Assembly (NCBI GenBank): GCA_046757525.1
Contig: JBHHYI010000009.1
Coordinates: 1-49,943, forward strand
Direction: 5' to 3'
DNA length: 49,943 nt
Origin: a bacterium
Lineage (GTDB): Bacteria > Zhuqueibacterota > Zhuqueibacteria > Oceanimicrobiales > Oceanimicrobiaceae
How positions within the stretch are numbered: position 1 is the first letter of the stretch; each line of letters starts with the position of its first letter. The translations under genes were made by a program, and so were the position numbers. The notes under the pieces are model-generated. The model searched no databases. It saw nothing but the letters and a program-made list of their open reading frames with translations, and had not been told where the DNA came from. Shown here in pieces: positions 28,466 to 38,470 of this stretch.

Positions 28466-29712
28466 TGGTCGTTGCCGAGTTAATTGGAATATCGAAGAAG
28501 TACAGGTTACAGCGGCATCGCGCAAATTCGTTGCGGGATGCCCTCCACCGTTTGGTTAGAGCCCGGCTGCGGCGCCAGGACGGGACTGGTGCGCAGGAAC
28601 GTGACTTTTATGCTCTGCGGGACGTCTCGTTCAAAATCGAAGCTGGCGAGAGTTTAGGTGTGATCGGAGCCAATGGGGCTGGTAAGAGCACGGTGTTGAA
28701 GCTGCTGGCCGGCATTACCGAACCGTCTGCCGGGGAGGTCGTGGTACGCGGTCGAACGGCTGCACTCATCGAAATCGGCGCTGGCTTTCATGGCGATCTG
28801 AGTGGGCGGGAGAACATTTTTCTCTACGGCAATATCATGGGCATGCGCAGAAGAGAAATCCAGACCAAATTCGACAGCATTGTTCAGTTTGCTGGACTTG
28901 AATCCTTCATCGATCAGCCGGTCAAGCGCTACTCTTCCGGAATGTACGCCCGTTTAGGCTTTAGCGTGGTGGCTCACATGAATCCCGAGTTGCTTCTAAT
29001 TGACGAAGTTCTGGCCGTAGGGGATGTCGGCTTCCAGCGCAAGTGCTTGCAGCGGATGCAGGAGTTACGGCGGTCGGGTTGCGCCCTCGTCTTTGTCTCC
29101 CACAACCTGGCAGCGGTCGAAGCGGTTTGCGAAAAAGTGCTGTGGCTGGATCAGGGTCGGATGGTTTCGCAGGGCGCCACGCTTCAGGTTCTGGGGGATT
29201 TCAGGACCGATCTCAGCAATAAGCCTTCTCAAAGGTGGAAGAACTCGGTTTTTCAGAATCGCTCTGGCAGCGGCGAAGTACGCTTCACAGGCGTAGAGCT
29301 GCACAACCACACTGGCAATCTAAGAACGGGCAATTCCGTCAGGGTAGTGGCGACTTATTATGCAGACCAGAAAATACAGAATCCGACCTTCGCATTGGCG
29401 CTATTCTCTGACGAGGGCATTCGCGTATTTTCCACCAACACCAAGGTGCACGGCGATGGTCCGGTCAGCATTGAAGGCGAAGGAAAACTCGTCTGCCACC
29501 TGGAGAGCCTACCGCTTCTTCCTGGCAATTATTTCTTGAGACTGAGCATTTCTGATGATCAGGCTCTGGTGCATTACGATTATTTACCGCAAGCGCTCAA
29601 CTTCACGGTTAGCAGCAATCCCGAAATAAGCCAAAGAACCCACATGGACAGAAGCTGGGGCCTGGTTTACCTGCCAACGAAATGGCGATTTAAGAATGGG
29701 GCTGTCGATTGA
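28465..29712 (+). CDS. wzt: ABC polysaccharide exporter ATP-binding protein with C-terminal Wzt_C domain
   Basis: ALRDVSF, GANGAGKST, YSSGMYARLGF, IDEVLAVGD, VSHNL, C-terminal LLPGNY beta domain; TGATG overlap with wzm. Confidence 0.93.
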   Translation: MVVAELIGISKKYRLQRHRANSLRDALHRLVRARLRRQDGTGAQERDFYALRDVSFKIEAGESLGVIGANGAGKSTVLKLLAGITEPSAGEVVVRGRTAALIEIGAGFHGDLSGRENIFLYGNIMGMRRREIQTKFDSIVQFAGLESFIDQPVKRYSSGMYARLGFSVVAHMNPELLLIDEVLAVGDVGFQRKCLQRMQELRRSGCALVFVSHNLAAVEAVCEKVLWLDQGRMVSQGATLQVLGDFRTDLSNKPSQRWKNSVFQNRSGSGEVRFTGVELHNHTGNLRTGNSVRVVATYYADQKIQNPTFALALFSDEGIRVFSTNTKVHGDGPVSIEGEGKLVCHLESLPLLPGNYFLRLSISDDQALVHYDYLPQALNFTVSSNPEISQRTHMDRSWGLVYLPTKWRFKNGAVD

Positions 29713-30014
29713 TTCTAACAAGGGACAACAAAAAATCCTGTGGTGGCGAAGCTTTGGGCTACTTCGAGCAGCGTGAAGTTTGGCACCCGCTTTTGGACAG
29801 GGATCCTTATTTCAAACAGAAAGCCAGGTTCCTGCTGTCGATGGTCCCCAGGGAGGAAGAAGTCGTCCAAGACATGGGCTGCGGCAACCGAAGCTTCCAG
29901 TGGAAAACGCACCCCAAAATTGTAGCTATTTTGGATGATCTGAACCGCTTCCAATTCAAATCGGCAAAAGCCAGGAATCCTTATTGGATCGTTGCTTTGT
30001 ATGCGAGAAACTGA
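29709..30014 (+). pseudogene. truncated class I SAM methyltransferase remnant
   Basis: VVQDMGCGN resembles motif I (VLDxGCGxG), but the ORF is only 101 aa and lacks the remaining core. Confidence 0.45.
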
Positions 30015-31353
30015 GCGTTCCAAGTTGCGAAAAGTGCTGTTCATCGCCTATTTCTTCCCGCCGCTGGGCGGCGGCGGCGTTCAGCGGGCACTCGAGTTTG
30101 TCAAACATTTGCCGCAGCACGGATGGCAGCCCATGGTGCTGACGTCTGACACACAGGACTATCACGCCTGGGATCCCTGCCTGTTGCAGCAATTGCCCGC
30201 ACAGGCTCGAGTGGTAAGAGCCCATGTTCGCAACCTACTACCCGTTTACGAATGGCTGTACAAACTGCGGTTGAACAGACTCGCTCACTTTTTACGCCGG
30301 CACGAGAATGGGTTCTTGATTCCTGACCGGCACGTGGGGTGGTATGGTTTTGCCCGCAAGCGCGGTTTGCAAATGGTCGCGGAAGAGGAGATCGATTTGA
30401 TCTTTAGCACGGCCCCGCCGTACACTGCACATCTGGTGGCGAGCTTTCTCAAGCGTCGGACGGGTTTGCCCTGGGTTGCCGATTTCAGGGACGAATGGTC
30501 GGATTACGGGTTCATTCAGCGTCCCTTCGGAGTCCGACAACTGCAACGACGCTGGGAAGCCCGCGTCCTGGCGCAAGCCGACAGAATCACGACGACCACG
30601 CCCTGGATTACCGGCCTGCTGCGGAACAAGCTGCCGCAGCATTCGAACAAATTCTCGACGGTCACCAACGGCTTTGATCAGGAAAACTTTGGCCAGGAAA
30701 GTCCCAAAAGCAAATCCGCCAAATTAGTGCTCACCCACGCCGGCTCTTTTTATGGCCATCGCGTCCCCGACGTGTTCTTGCAAGCTCTGGCGCAATTGCT
30801 GCAAGCCGGAAAAATCAAGGCCGCCGAAATAGAAATTCAGTTTGTGGGAAGTCAGCCCAGCCAGCGATTGCTCAAGTGTCTGGGCATTGAGCATTTGGTG
30901 ACTTACAGCGATGCGTTTGTTTCGCACAAGCAGGCTCTGGCAAAGTTGCGCGCCTGTACCGCGCCAGTGTTGATGCAAAGCAACGAAGGGCGAAGGTGCA
31001 TTCCCGGCAAGGTCTACGAGTATTTGGCCCTACACAAGCGCATTGTGGCATTGGTACCCAGGCCCAGCGCTGTTGCCTCGTTACTCCAATCCATGCCAGG
31101 GGTCTACCTGGCTGAGTTTAATAATAAACAAGAAACTACCGATATAATCTTAAAGCTGTTCGACGATTGGAAAAACGCGAACGGTCCATTCATTCAAATC
31201 CGCGAAACCCTTGGTCAGTTTGAATATGGTGCCCTGACAGGCAGGTTGGCTCAGGTGTTTGACATGCTTACAGAAACCCGGCACAATTCCTCGACCCCGG
31301 AAAGAGGCCTCCGGTCGTGCAGCAATACTTTGGAATCTGAACCATGGACTTAG
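30001..31353 (+). CDS. glycosyltransferase family 4
   Basis: KVLFIAYFFPPLGGGGVQR, STAPPYTAHL, PWVADFRDEW, IPGKVYEYLA. Confidence 0.9.
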   Translation: MRETERSKLRKVLFIAYFFPPLGGGGVQRALEFVKHLPQHGWQPMVLTSDTQDYHAWDPCLLQQLPAQARVVRAHVRNLLPVYEWLYKLRLNRLAHFLRRHENGFLIPDRHVGWYGFARKRGLQMVAEEEIDLIFSTAPPYTAHLVASFLKRRTGLPWVADFRDEWSDYGFIQRPFGVRQLQRRWEARVLAQADRITTTTPWITGLLRNKLPQHSNKFSTVTNGFDQENFGQESPKSKSAKLVLTHAGSFYGHRVPDVFLQALAQLLQAGKIKAAEIEIQFVGSQPSQRLLKCLGIEHLVTYSDAFVSHKQALAKLRACTAPVLMQSNEGRRCIPGKVYEYLALHKRIVALVPRPSAVASLLQSMPGVYLAEFNNKQETTDIILKLFDDWKNANGPFIQIRETLGQFEYGALTGRLAQVFDMLTETRHNSSTPERGLRSCSNTLESEPWT

Positions 31354-32438
31354 GTGGCATCGATGCCTTTAAGATTTTGCTCCGCGAAATGAACCGGCTG
31401 GGCTGGTTCAGGGGGGGGTTGAAATTCCTGCTGCAACGCCGTGAAACATCCAGGGTTGCCCGGGGTTTGCTCAAAATTTGTTTAACCAGCGATAATGTCT
31501 TCGAAAAGGTCATCGACAGGTTGGCTGCGGATTGCGCGGGAAATCTGCCGCCGCACAAGGTCTACGCCGAGTCTACCAACGCCTGCAACGCGAAATGTGT
31601 CATGTGTCCCCGAGATGAAATGACGCGAAAGATCGGCATCATGGAGCTGGAGCAATTCAAAGAAATCGTCGACCAGAGCGTGGCCATGGGGGTTCGAGAG
31701 TTGCGCTTTCACAACTACGGCGAGGTGATGATGGACCCGCGCCTGGGCGAGAAGATTACCTACGCCAAACAGGCCGGCATTCCGATGACGGCTCTGTACA
31801 CCAATGGTTCTCTGCTCAATCCTACAATGGGGCAGGCCATTTTAGAGGCCGGGCTGGACAAAATGTTCGTGAGCATCGATGGTACCGACCGCGAAAGCTT
31901 CGAAAGAATCAGACTGCGCTTGAAATACGACCAGGTTGTGGGAAACTTGCGCAGTTTCCTGGAATTGCGCCACGCCAGAGGGCTGAAAAAACCTTACACC
32001 GAGATTGTGGTTCTGCCCATCGAGTCCAGCAATGGCGCGATTGAGGAATTCAAGAAGCGCTGGGAAGGTGTGGCGGACCGCGTGCGTGTTTCAGTAGTAC
32101 ACGATTTTTCCGGTCAGGGGACAGATCAATATGTGAGCAAGAAAAATGCCGCGGCCGTGGCAGTGAAACGCATCCCTTGTTACATGCCCTGGCGCGACAT
32201 GTACCTGTTGTGGAATGGCGACGTCACGCTTTGCTGCCTGGATTTCGACGGTAAGCACCGCTTCGGCAATAGCGCCGAGAAGTCTTTGCTGGACATTTGG
32301 CAAGGCGAAGAGATGCAACAGCTCCGGGACCAACACTTAACCCGCCGCTGGGATGAGTTGAGCCTTTGCAGCTCCTGTCACGTCAATGTGTACTGGGATT
32401 TTGATTCAAAAATCGAATGCTTGCGAAACTGGCTATGA
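31344..32438 (+). CDS. radical SAM protein with SPASM/twitch domain
   Basis: CNAKCVMC, YGE, TNG, SIDG, C..PW......NGDV..CC.D...FGN...CSSC. Confidence 0.92.
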   Translation: MDLGGIDAFKILLREMNRLGWFRGGLKFLLQRRETSRVARGLLKICLTSDNVFEKVIDRLAADCAGNLPPHKVYAESTNACNAKCVMCPRDEMTRKIGIMELEQFKEIVDQSVAMGVRELRFHNYGEVMMDPRLGEKITYAKQAGIPMTALYTNGSLLNPTMGQAILEAGLDKMFVSIDGTDRESFERIRLRLKYDQVVGNLRSFLELRHARGLKKPYTEIVVLPIESSNGAIEEFKKRWEGVADRVRVSVVHDFSGQGTDQYVSKKNAAAVAVKRIPCYMPWRDMYLLWNGDVTLCCLDFDGKHRFGNSAEKSLLDIWQGEEMQQLRDQHLTRRWDELSLCSSCHVNVYWDFDSKIECLRNWL

Positions 32439-32454
32439 TTCAGAGCGTCCGAAT

Positions 32455-33645
32455 GTGAAACAGCCAATCATCGACAACCGGACCACAAAGCCCGCGGTGG
32501 CGCACGTCGTCAAGGATTATCTGGGGATTTCTGAGACTTTCATTTACAACGTCATTGCCCACATTCGAAATTATGATTGTGCGGTGTTTACCGATCGAAC
32601 TCAGAATCTGGAACAGTTCCCGGTTTCCAGGATTTACTGCGCGTCCTCCGCCAGGAAATATTCCTGGCAGTGGTTAGTGAACTACCTGGATTATTTGCTC
32701 TCGGACAGAGCAGCATATTTTGAGCAAAGAGTGTATTTTAGAAAGCTCATGAAGCAAAACCATGTGAAGCTGATTCATGCTCATTTTGCTCCGCAAGGGG
32801 TGCAAATGTTGTTCTGCCGGCAGGCCTTGAACATTCCTCTGGTAACTTCTTTTTACGGGTACGATATGTCGCGCTTGCCGCGTGACCAGCAGTGGTGTGA
32901 TCGACTCAAGCAGTTGTTTCAATACGGCGATTTGTTTTTAGTCGAGGGGCCGCACATGCAAAAAGGATTAGAGGGACTGGGTTGTGCGGCGCACAAAATC
33001 AGGCTGCAACCCATTGGTCTGGACTTGAAGCAGTACAAATTCAATCCGCGCACTGCGCCGAAAACAGACTCCCCAACGAGAATCCTATTTTGCGGGCGAT
33101 TTGTGGAAAAGAAAGGTCTGCAATACGGTTTGCAGGCTGTACAAGCGGTGATTGACGAGTTTCCGGACGTGGAGTTTCGCGTCATCGGGGACGGGGAGCA
33201 AAAAAGCAACCTTGACCGATTTGTTCGCAAGAACGGGCTAAAAGAGCGCGTCACGTTTTTGGGCTACCAGCCGCATGCTGAGGTCCTCGCTGAAATGCAA
33301 CAGGCCCATCTGCTGCTGCAGCCAAGCGTCACTGCCGCAGATGGTGACAGCGAGGGGGGAGCCCCAACCGTGCTGTTAGAGGCGCAAGCTCTGGGACTGC
33401 CCGTGCTTTCAACCCGGCACGCCGACATACCCAACGTGGTCCAGGATGGCAAGAGCGGAATCCTGGTGCCCGAAAGAGATGCCAGGGCGCTGGCCAATGC
33501 CTTGAAGAGCCTGTTAGGCAATCCTAACTCCTGGACTGCCATGGGGCACGCCGGTCGCGAATATGTCGAACGCTTTCACAACCTGGAGCCTTTAACACAA
33601 AAACTGGAATCTTATTACTCCCAATTGTTGCATGCAGAAACTTAA
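32455..33645 (+). CDS. glycosyltransferase family 4 (WcaL-like)
   Basis: SETFI, IHAHF, GRFVEKKG, PSVTAADGDSEGGAPTVLLEAQA. Confidence 0.92.
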   Translation: MKQPIIDNRTTKPAVAHVVKDYLGISETFIYNVIAHIRNYDCAVFTDRTQNLEQFPVSRIYCASSARKYSWQWLVNYLDYLLSDRAAYFEQRVYFRKLMKQNHVKLIHAHFAPQGVQMLFCRQALNIPLVTSFYGYDMSRLPRDQQWCDRLKQLFQYGDLFLVEGPHMQKGLEGLGCAAHKIRLQPIGLDLKQYKFNPRTAPKTDSPTRILFCGRFVEKKGLQYGLQAVQAVIDEFPDVEFRVIGDGEQKSNLDRFVRKNGLKERVTFLGYQPHAEVLAEMQQAHLLLQPSVTAADGDSEGGAPTVLLEAQALGLPVLSTRHADIPNVVQDGKSGILVPERDARALANALKSLLGNPNSWTAMGHAGREYVERFHNLEPLTQKLESYYSQLLHAET

Positions 33646-34852
33646 CATACTCTATCTCCTGGCCGATCACGGCCATGACTTAACCCTGAACCAGGGCTTT
33701 CAAGTGCATGTCTGGCAGATTCTGAAAAACCTTGAAAAGCTCGGCCATGCTCCTTTTCTCCTGACCATCAATGAAAAAAAAGTCCTGCCTGACTTTGCAA
33801 GATATGAGACGGTCGCCCACCTTTATTTTCCGCTGGTACATAGGCTCATGCCTTATACGGGCATGCTGGACAGCCTTCGGGTGGCCAGGGCCATCAGAAG
33901 ACGCCATGCCACAGCGAAATTTGATTTGATCCACGAGCGCTACGGTCTCTATTCCTTTGGCGGTGCCCTTGCTGCAAAATGGCTTGGCATCCCTTACCTC
34001 TTAGAAGTCAATGCGCCCGCCATTGAAGAAAAGGTCCTGTTCGGGCCGCCTCTTACGGGTGCACAAAGAGGTGTAGCTCGTTCCATAACCAGGATCAACC
34101 TGAAGCATTGCGATGCCATCATAACCGTTTCCCGATTCTTGAAAGGGAAGATCGTTCAGGCGTGGAATGTGCGGTCTGAAAAAGTTCTGGTTTTGACCAA
34201 TGCTGCCGACAGCGCTTTGTTTCGCTTGAATGGCAGACATGAAAATCACGACAGTGACGGAAAAAGCAAGAAGTTGGTGATCGGCTACCTGGGCACCCTG
34301 CAACCCTGGTTTGGCATTGAAAACCTGCTTTATGCTTTTCAGATCGTCTCCCGTCATTTGCCCAGGGCCAGACTGCAAATAATCGGCGACGGGATGCAGC
34401 GTCCCGCGCTGGAAGCACTGGCCAAGCGCTTGAAGATAAAGTCTAAGACCACTTTTGTTGGCAGCATACCGCACACATCGGTTGGCAGATATTTGCAGGG
34501 GTTCGACATCGCTGTTGCGCCTTATCGACCGATCATCACAGGATTTTACGGTTCTTCGATGAAGGTGTTTGAATACATGGCCGCGGGCAAGGCCATCGTG
34601 GCCTCCCACATCGGACAATTGAGTGAGGTTCTCGAAAACAGAAAAACCGCCATGCTGGTAGAGCCGGGTGAAACCGAAGAGCTGGCCCAGGCCATATTGC
34701 GCCTGGCAAAGAATCCACGCCTGCGCGAGAATCTGGCGGTAGCTGCGCGCAACATAGCCAGGCAAAACTATAGCTGGGACCAGTATGCTCAAAAGTTAGA
34801 AGACATTTACAAGCGCATTCTATCGACGAGGAATGGTAGTGCCGGCAAATAA
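33632..34852 (+). CDS. glycosyltransferase family 4
   Basis: HERY, LEVNAP, GSSMKVFEYMAAGKAIVAS. Confidence 0.92.
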   Translation: MQKLNILYLLADHGHDLTLNQGFQVHVWQILKNLEKLGHAPFLLTINEKKVLPDFARYETVAHLYFPLVHRLMPYTGMLDSLRVARAIRRRHATAKFDLIHERYGLYSFGGALAAKWLGIPYLLEVNAPAIEEKVLFGPPLTGAQRGVARSITRINLKHCDAIITVSRFLKGKIVQAWNVRSEKVLVLTNAADSALFRLNGRHENHDSDGKSKKLVIGYLGTLQPWFGIENLLYAFQIVSRHLPRARLQIIGDGMQRPALEALAKRLKIKSKTTFVGSIPHTSVGRYLQGFDIAVAPYRPIITGFYGSSMKVFEYMAAGKAIVASHIGQLSEVLENRKTAMLVEPGETEELAQAILRLAKNPRLRENLAVAARNIARQNYSWDQYAQKLEDIYKRILSTRNGSAGK

Positions 34853-36011
34853 GAAAATTAAGGTGTTGTTCGCATTGGACAACTTGACCGTTGGCGGGGC
34901 GCAGCAACTGGTTTTGAGCCTGGTGCAATCTTTGGCACGAGATCGGTACGAACCGGTGGTTTGCACCCTTTTCAGTGGGCGCAGCCAAGAGCCTGAGCTG
35001 CTGTTTGACGCGGTTCGAGCAGCCGGCGCCAAAGCGTACCGGCTGTCCATCTCCGGATGGCGCGATTTCAAGACCTTTTGGCAGTTCAAAGAGATTCTTG
35101 CAAAAGAACAAATCGACCTGGTTCACAGCCACATGGTTCCCGCCGATTTTTGGAGCTCCCTGTTGGGAAAGCTGTGCGCTGCTCTGCCCGTTGTCTATAC
35201 GCGGCACGGCATTTACTCATTAAACGGCCCCGCTTCGCGATTTCAGAATTTCCTGTTGAACAAAATTTTAGCGGACAGAGTTGTGGCCATTTCCGAAGCG
35301 GTCACGGACAATTTGTCCAAAGTCTGTGGAACCCCGGAAAAGCGGATCGTCCACATTGTTAATGGGGTGGACACTTGCGCGTTTAATCCCTCGGTTTCAG
35401 GTAAACGTATTCGAGAAGAATTGGGCCTGCAGCCAAATGATTTTGTCGTCGGAAACTGCAGCCGTTTCGAAATCAGAAAAGGCTACGATATTTTTTTGCG
35501 CGTGGCAGAAATGGTTGCCCGCGACCGTCCCAACGTAAAATTTTTAGCAGTAGGACACGGCAGTCAAGAACAAGCCTTGCGCGAGAAAGCCAGACAATCA
35601 GCTTGTGCTGACCAGATCGTTTTTGCACCCGCGCGGTTGGATGTACCTGAAGTACTGGGGACCATGGATGTTTTTTTGTTCACTCCCTACTTAGGCGAAG
35701 GACTGCCGTTGGTTGTTTTGGAGGCCATGGCCAGCGGTTTGCCAGTAATTGCCTCGAACATCGGCAGCAATCGAGAGATCGTGCAGCCCGGGGTCACGGG
35801 CTTTTTGCCGTTTCCGAAAAACTGGCAGGCAGAAACGGACTACCTGGATGGCCACCCCTTTGCAGAGAAAGTAGCCTTTTTTGCCGACAATCCCCCGGCC
35901 TTGAAAGAAATGGGGCGAAATGGTAGAAAGCTCATTTTAGAGAAATTTGACCAACGCACCATGGTAGAAAATCACCAGACGTTGTACGAAAGCCTGTTAT
36001 GGACGACCTGA
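34833..36011 (+). CDS. glycosyltransferase family 4
   Basis: GGAQ, DLVHSH, NGVD, EGLPLVVLEAMASGLPVIAS. Confidence 0.93.
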   Translation: MVVPANKKIKVLFALDNLTVGGAQQLVLSLVQSLARDRYEPVVCTLFSGRSQEPELLFDAVRAAGAKAYRLSISGWRDFKTFWQFKEILAKEQIDLVHSHMVPADFWSSLLGKLCAALPVVYTRHGIYSLNGPASRFQNFLLNKILADRVVAISEAVTDNLSKVCGTPEKRIVHIVNGVDTCAFNPSVSGKRIREELGLQPNDFVVGNCSRFEIRKGYDIFLRVAEMVARDRPNVKFLAVGHGSQEQALREKARQSACADQIVFAPARLDVPEVLGTMDVFLFTPYLGEGLPLVVLEAMASGLPVIASNIGSNREIVQPGVTGFLPFPKNWQAETDYLDGHPFAEKVAFFADNPPALKEMGRNGRKLILEKFDQRTMVENHQTLYESLLWTT

Positions 36012-37189
36012 GAATCGCTTACATCCTCGAAGAACCCACCAGTTGGATTCTTGACGAAATTAAAGCGGTAGAACGCACGGGTGTGAGAGTTCTGGTCTGC
36101 TTGTGCAATTGGCAACGCGAAAACGAAGTGGACGAGCAGTTCTGGCAGGTGCGGGTTTCGGTTTGCCAATTCTTGCGTGCCCTATTTTACTTCCTGTCTC
36201 GATTACATCTCGAGTTTTTCTGCTTCCTTCTCAGCACCAAAGCAAAAATCGGGTTGCGCCTCACGGTTCGCCTGGTTTATTTTGCCTATGTTAGTCTCTT
36301 AAATGACATCAATCATATTCACGCGCATTTTGCTGCGACGGCCACCACCGTGGCGAAGGGCATCTCAAAATTGACCGGCTTGCCTTACAGTTTTACCGCC
36401 CATGCCTACGACCTCTTTAAAACCTCTGTCGACAGAAGGGATTTCGAGGAAAAAATTGTTTGGGCTGAATTCGTACGCACGGTTTCCCAGTTCCATTTGA
36501 ACTACATTAACTCCATAAATGGCAAAGCAGCCACCTCCAAGATCAAAGTGTTGAGTTACGGGGTGGACACCGCGTGTTTCAGGCCCCGGCAAGTGGAACG
36601 GGAGCCCCAATTCACAATCCTGACCGTGGCCAATTTGGTTCCCAAGAAAGGCCTTTCCGTGCTGATCGAGGCCTGCGCCATCCTGTCCACTCAAGTCTCA
36701 AACTGGAAGGCGATCGTTGTGGGCGACGGTCCCTTGCGGGCAAGCCTCGAAAGGCAAATCGACCAGTGGCAATTGGCCAAAAGGATTGCGTTGCCGGGTG
36801 CGGTTGCGCATTCGGAATTGTGTGCCATTTACAATTCGTGCGACGTGTTTGTCTTGCCGTGCGTCAAAACGGCTGACGGAGACCGGGACGGCCTTCCCAA
36901 CGTCCTCCTGGAGGCCATGGCCACCGGCAAGCCCGTGATCTCGACGCCGGTGGCAGGTATTCCCGAGCTGATCACAGACGGCAAAACCGGATTGCTGGTT
37001 CCGGAAAACAATGCCAGGGCCCTGTCAAATGCGATCGTTTGGCTGATGCGAAATCCCAACAAGGCTCAAGAGATCGCACAAGAAGGCAGAACCAGGGTGC
37101 TGGAAGAATTCAACCTGGTCAACACCGCCGAACGGCTCAATTTCTTGTTCCGGCAAACCTGCCTGCTTGCCAGGTGTAACGGAGCTTAG
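35999..37189 (+). CDS. glycosyltransferase family 4 (WcaL-like)
   Basis: HIHAHFA, YSFTAHAYD, LVPKKG, DGDRDGLPNVLLEAMA. Confidence 0.92.
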   Translation: MDDLRIAYILEEPTSWILDEIKAVERTGVRVLVCLCNWQRENEVDEQFWQVRVSVCQFLRALFYFLSRLHLEFFCFLLSTKAKIGLRLTVRLVYFAYVSLLNDINHIHAHFAATATTVAKGISKLTGLPYSFTAHAYDLFKTSVDRRDFEEKIVWAEFVRTVSQFHLNYINSINGKAATSKIKVLSYGVDTACFRPRQVEREPQFTILTVANLVPKKGLSVLIEACAILSTQVSNWKAIVVGDGPLRASLERQIDQWQLAKRIALPGAVAHSELCAIYNSCDVFVLPCVKTADGDRDGLPNVLLEAMATGKPVISTPVAGIPELITDGKTGLLVPENNARALSNAIVWLMRNPNKAQEIAQEGRTRVLEEFNLVNTAERLNFLFRQTCLLARCNGA

Positions 37190-37312
37190 ATTACAGAAAA
37201 TAAAGACTTGATTGTTCAAAAATGGTGGAATTGCACCGATAATTTAAATGAACTTGCACCTTTAATCCGAAGGTTGCACCATCTCTGTGAAAAAAATGCT
37301 GAGCCGAATCTC

Positions 37313-38470
37313 ATGAAAATTTTTTACCTTTGCTACGAGGATGTTGGTAACGCTGGCGCTGCCACAACTCACTTGCGGGAAGTCGCTGAGAACTTGCAAT
37401 CGCTGGGGCACAATGTACGCATCATCGTACCCTTGTTGCACCGGTTTCGATTTCCCGTGCGGGCGGAGGTGGTATATGTGCCTCTTTTGCCGTTAGGCAG
37501 ATTCAAGGAGCTGGGATATTACTTTTTTCTGTGGTTCACCTTGATCTCTCTTTGGCTCAAGAAAGGTGTGGACTTGCTGTACGTGCGGGAAATGACCCTC
37601 AACGTGGTGCCGTTTCTTTTTGCGAAACTGTTTAGGAAAAGAATAGTGGTCGAAATCAATGGTCTGTTGACCGAAGAGTTGAAGCTGGCCGGGGTTTCGA
37701 ATTTCAAGATCCGAATTATTCGTTTCTTTAGAAGAATCAATCTGGCTTTAAGCGATAAGATCGTAACGGTCAGCAAGGGACTCAAACATCACATTGCCAC
37801 GGAGTACGGGTACAGCAACGGCAAACTGGTGGTGGTTGAAAACGGAGCCAACCCACATCTGTTTGCACCGATGGACAAGCTCCAGGCCAGGCGCACCCTG
37901 CGGTTGGACGAAAACGGCTACTACTTGTGTTACGTGGGCAGCTTTTACCCTCACCACGGTTTGGAGCAGACCTTACTGATTTTTCAGCAACTATTGACCT
38001 TCCAGCCCGAAACCAAACTGCTGCTCATCGGTGACGGGTTGCTCAAAGGCAATACCTGGCAACGTACGCGCCAGTTGGGTATCGAGAACAACGTTCTGTT
38101 CTTGCACCAAAAGCTGCACACGGACATCCCGAAATACATTTGTGCCTCTGACGCCTGTCTTCTTCTGTTCAATGGCGGTCAGGGAAGGATCCCGGGCATC
38201 TCGCTCAAAATACTGGAATACATGGCATGTTCGCGTCCGGTCGTCGCTGCTGTTGGTGAGGAGTCGGGTAGATTCGTCCAAAGTCTCAACAGTGGCATCG
38301 TGGTCGATCCGCAAAATCCTGAGAAGGCTGCGATCTATATTCATGCCTTGTTGACCAATGAGACACTCAAGGAAAAACTGGGTGCACTTGGGCGGAATGC
38401 CATTGTAAGAAACTACACCTGGCAACACACCGCACAAAGGCTGCAAAACGTCTGCATCGACTTAATATGA
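37313..38470 (+). CDS. glycosyltransferase family 4
   Basis: MKIFYL start at ATG 37313, VEING, NGAN, LKILEYMACSRPVV. Confidence 0.9.
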   Translation: MKIFYLCYEDVGNAGAATTHLREVAENLQSLGHNVRIIVPLLHRFRFPVRAEVVYVPLLPLGRFKELGYYFFLWFTLISLWLKKGVDLLYVREMTLNVVPFLFAKLFRKRIVVEINGLLTEELKLAGVSNFKIRIIRFFRRINLALSDKIVTVSKGLKHHIATEYGYSNGKLVVVENGANPHLFAPMDKLQARRTLRLDENGYYLCYVGSFYPHHGLEQTLLIFQQLLTFQPETKLLLIGDGLLKGNTWQRTRQLGIENNVLFLHQKLHTDIPKYICASDACLLLFNGGQGRIPGISLKILEYMACSRPVVAAVGEESGRFVQSLNSGIVVDPQNPEKAAIYIHALLTNETLKEKLGALGRNAIVRNYTWQHTAQRLQNVCIDLI

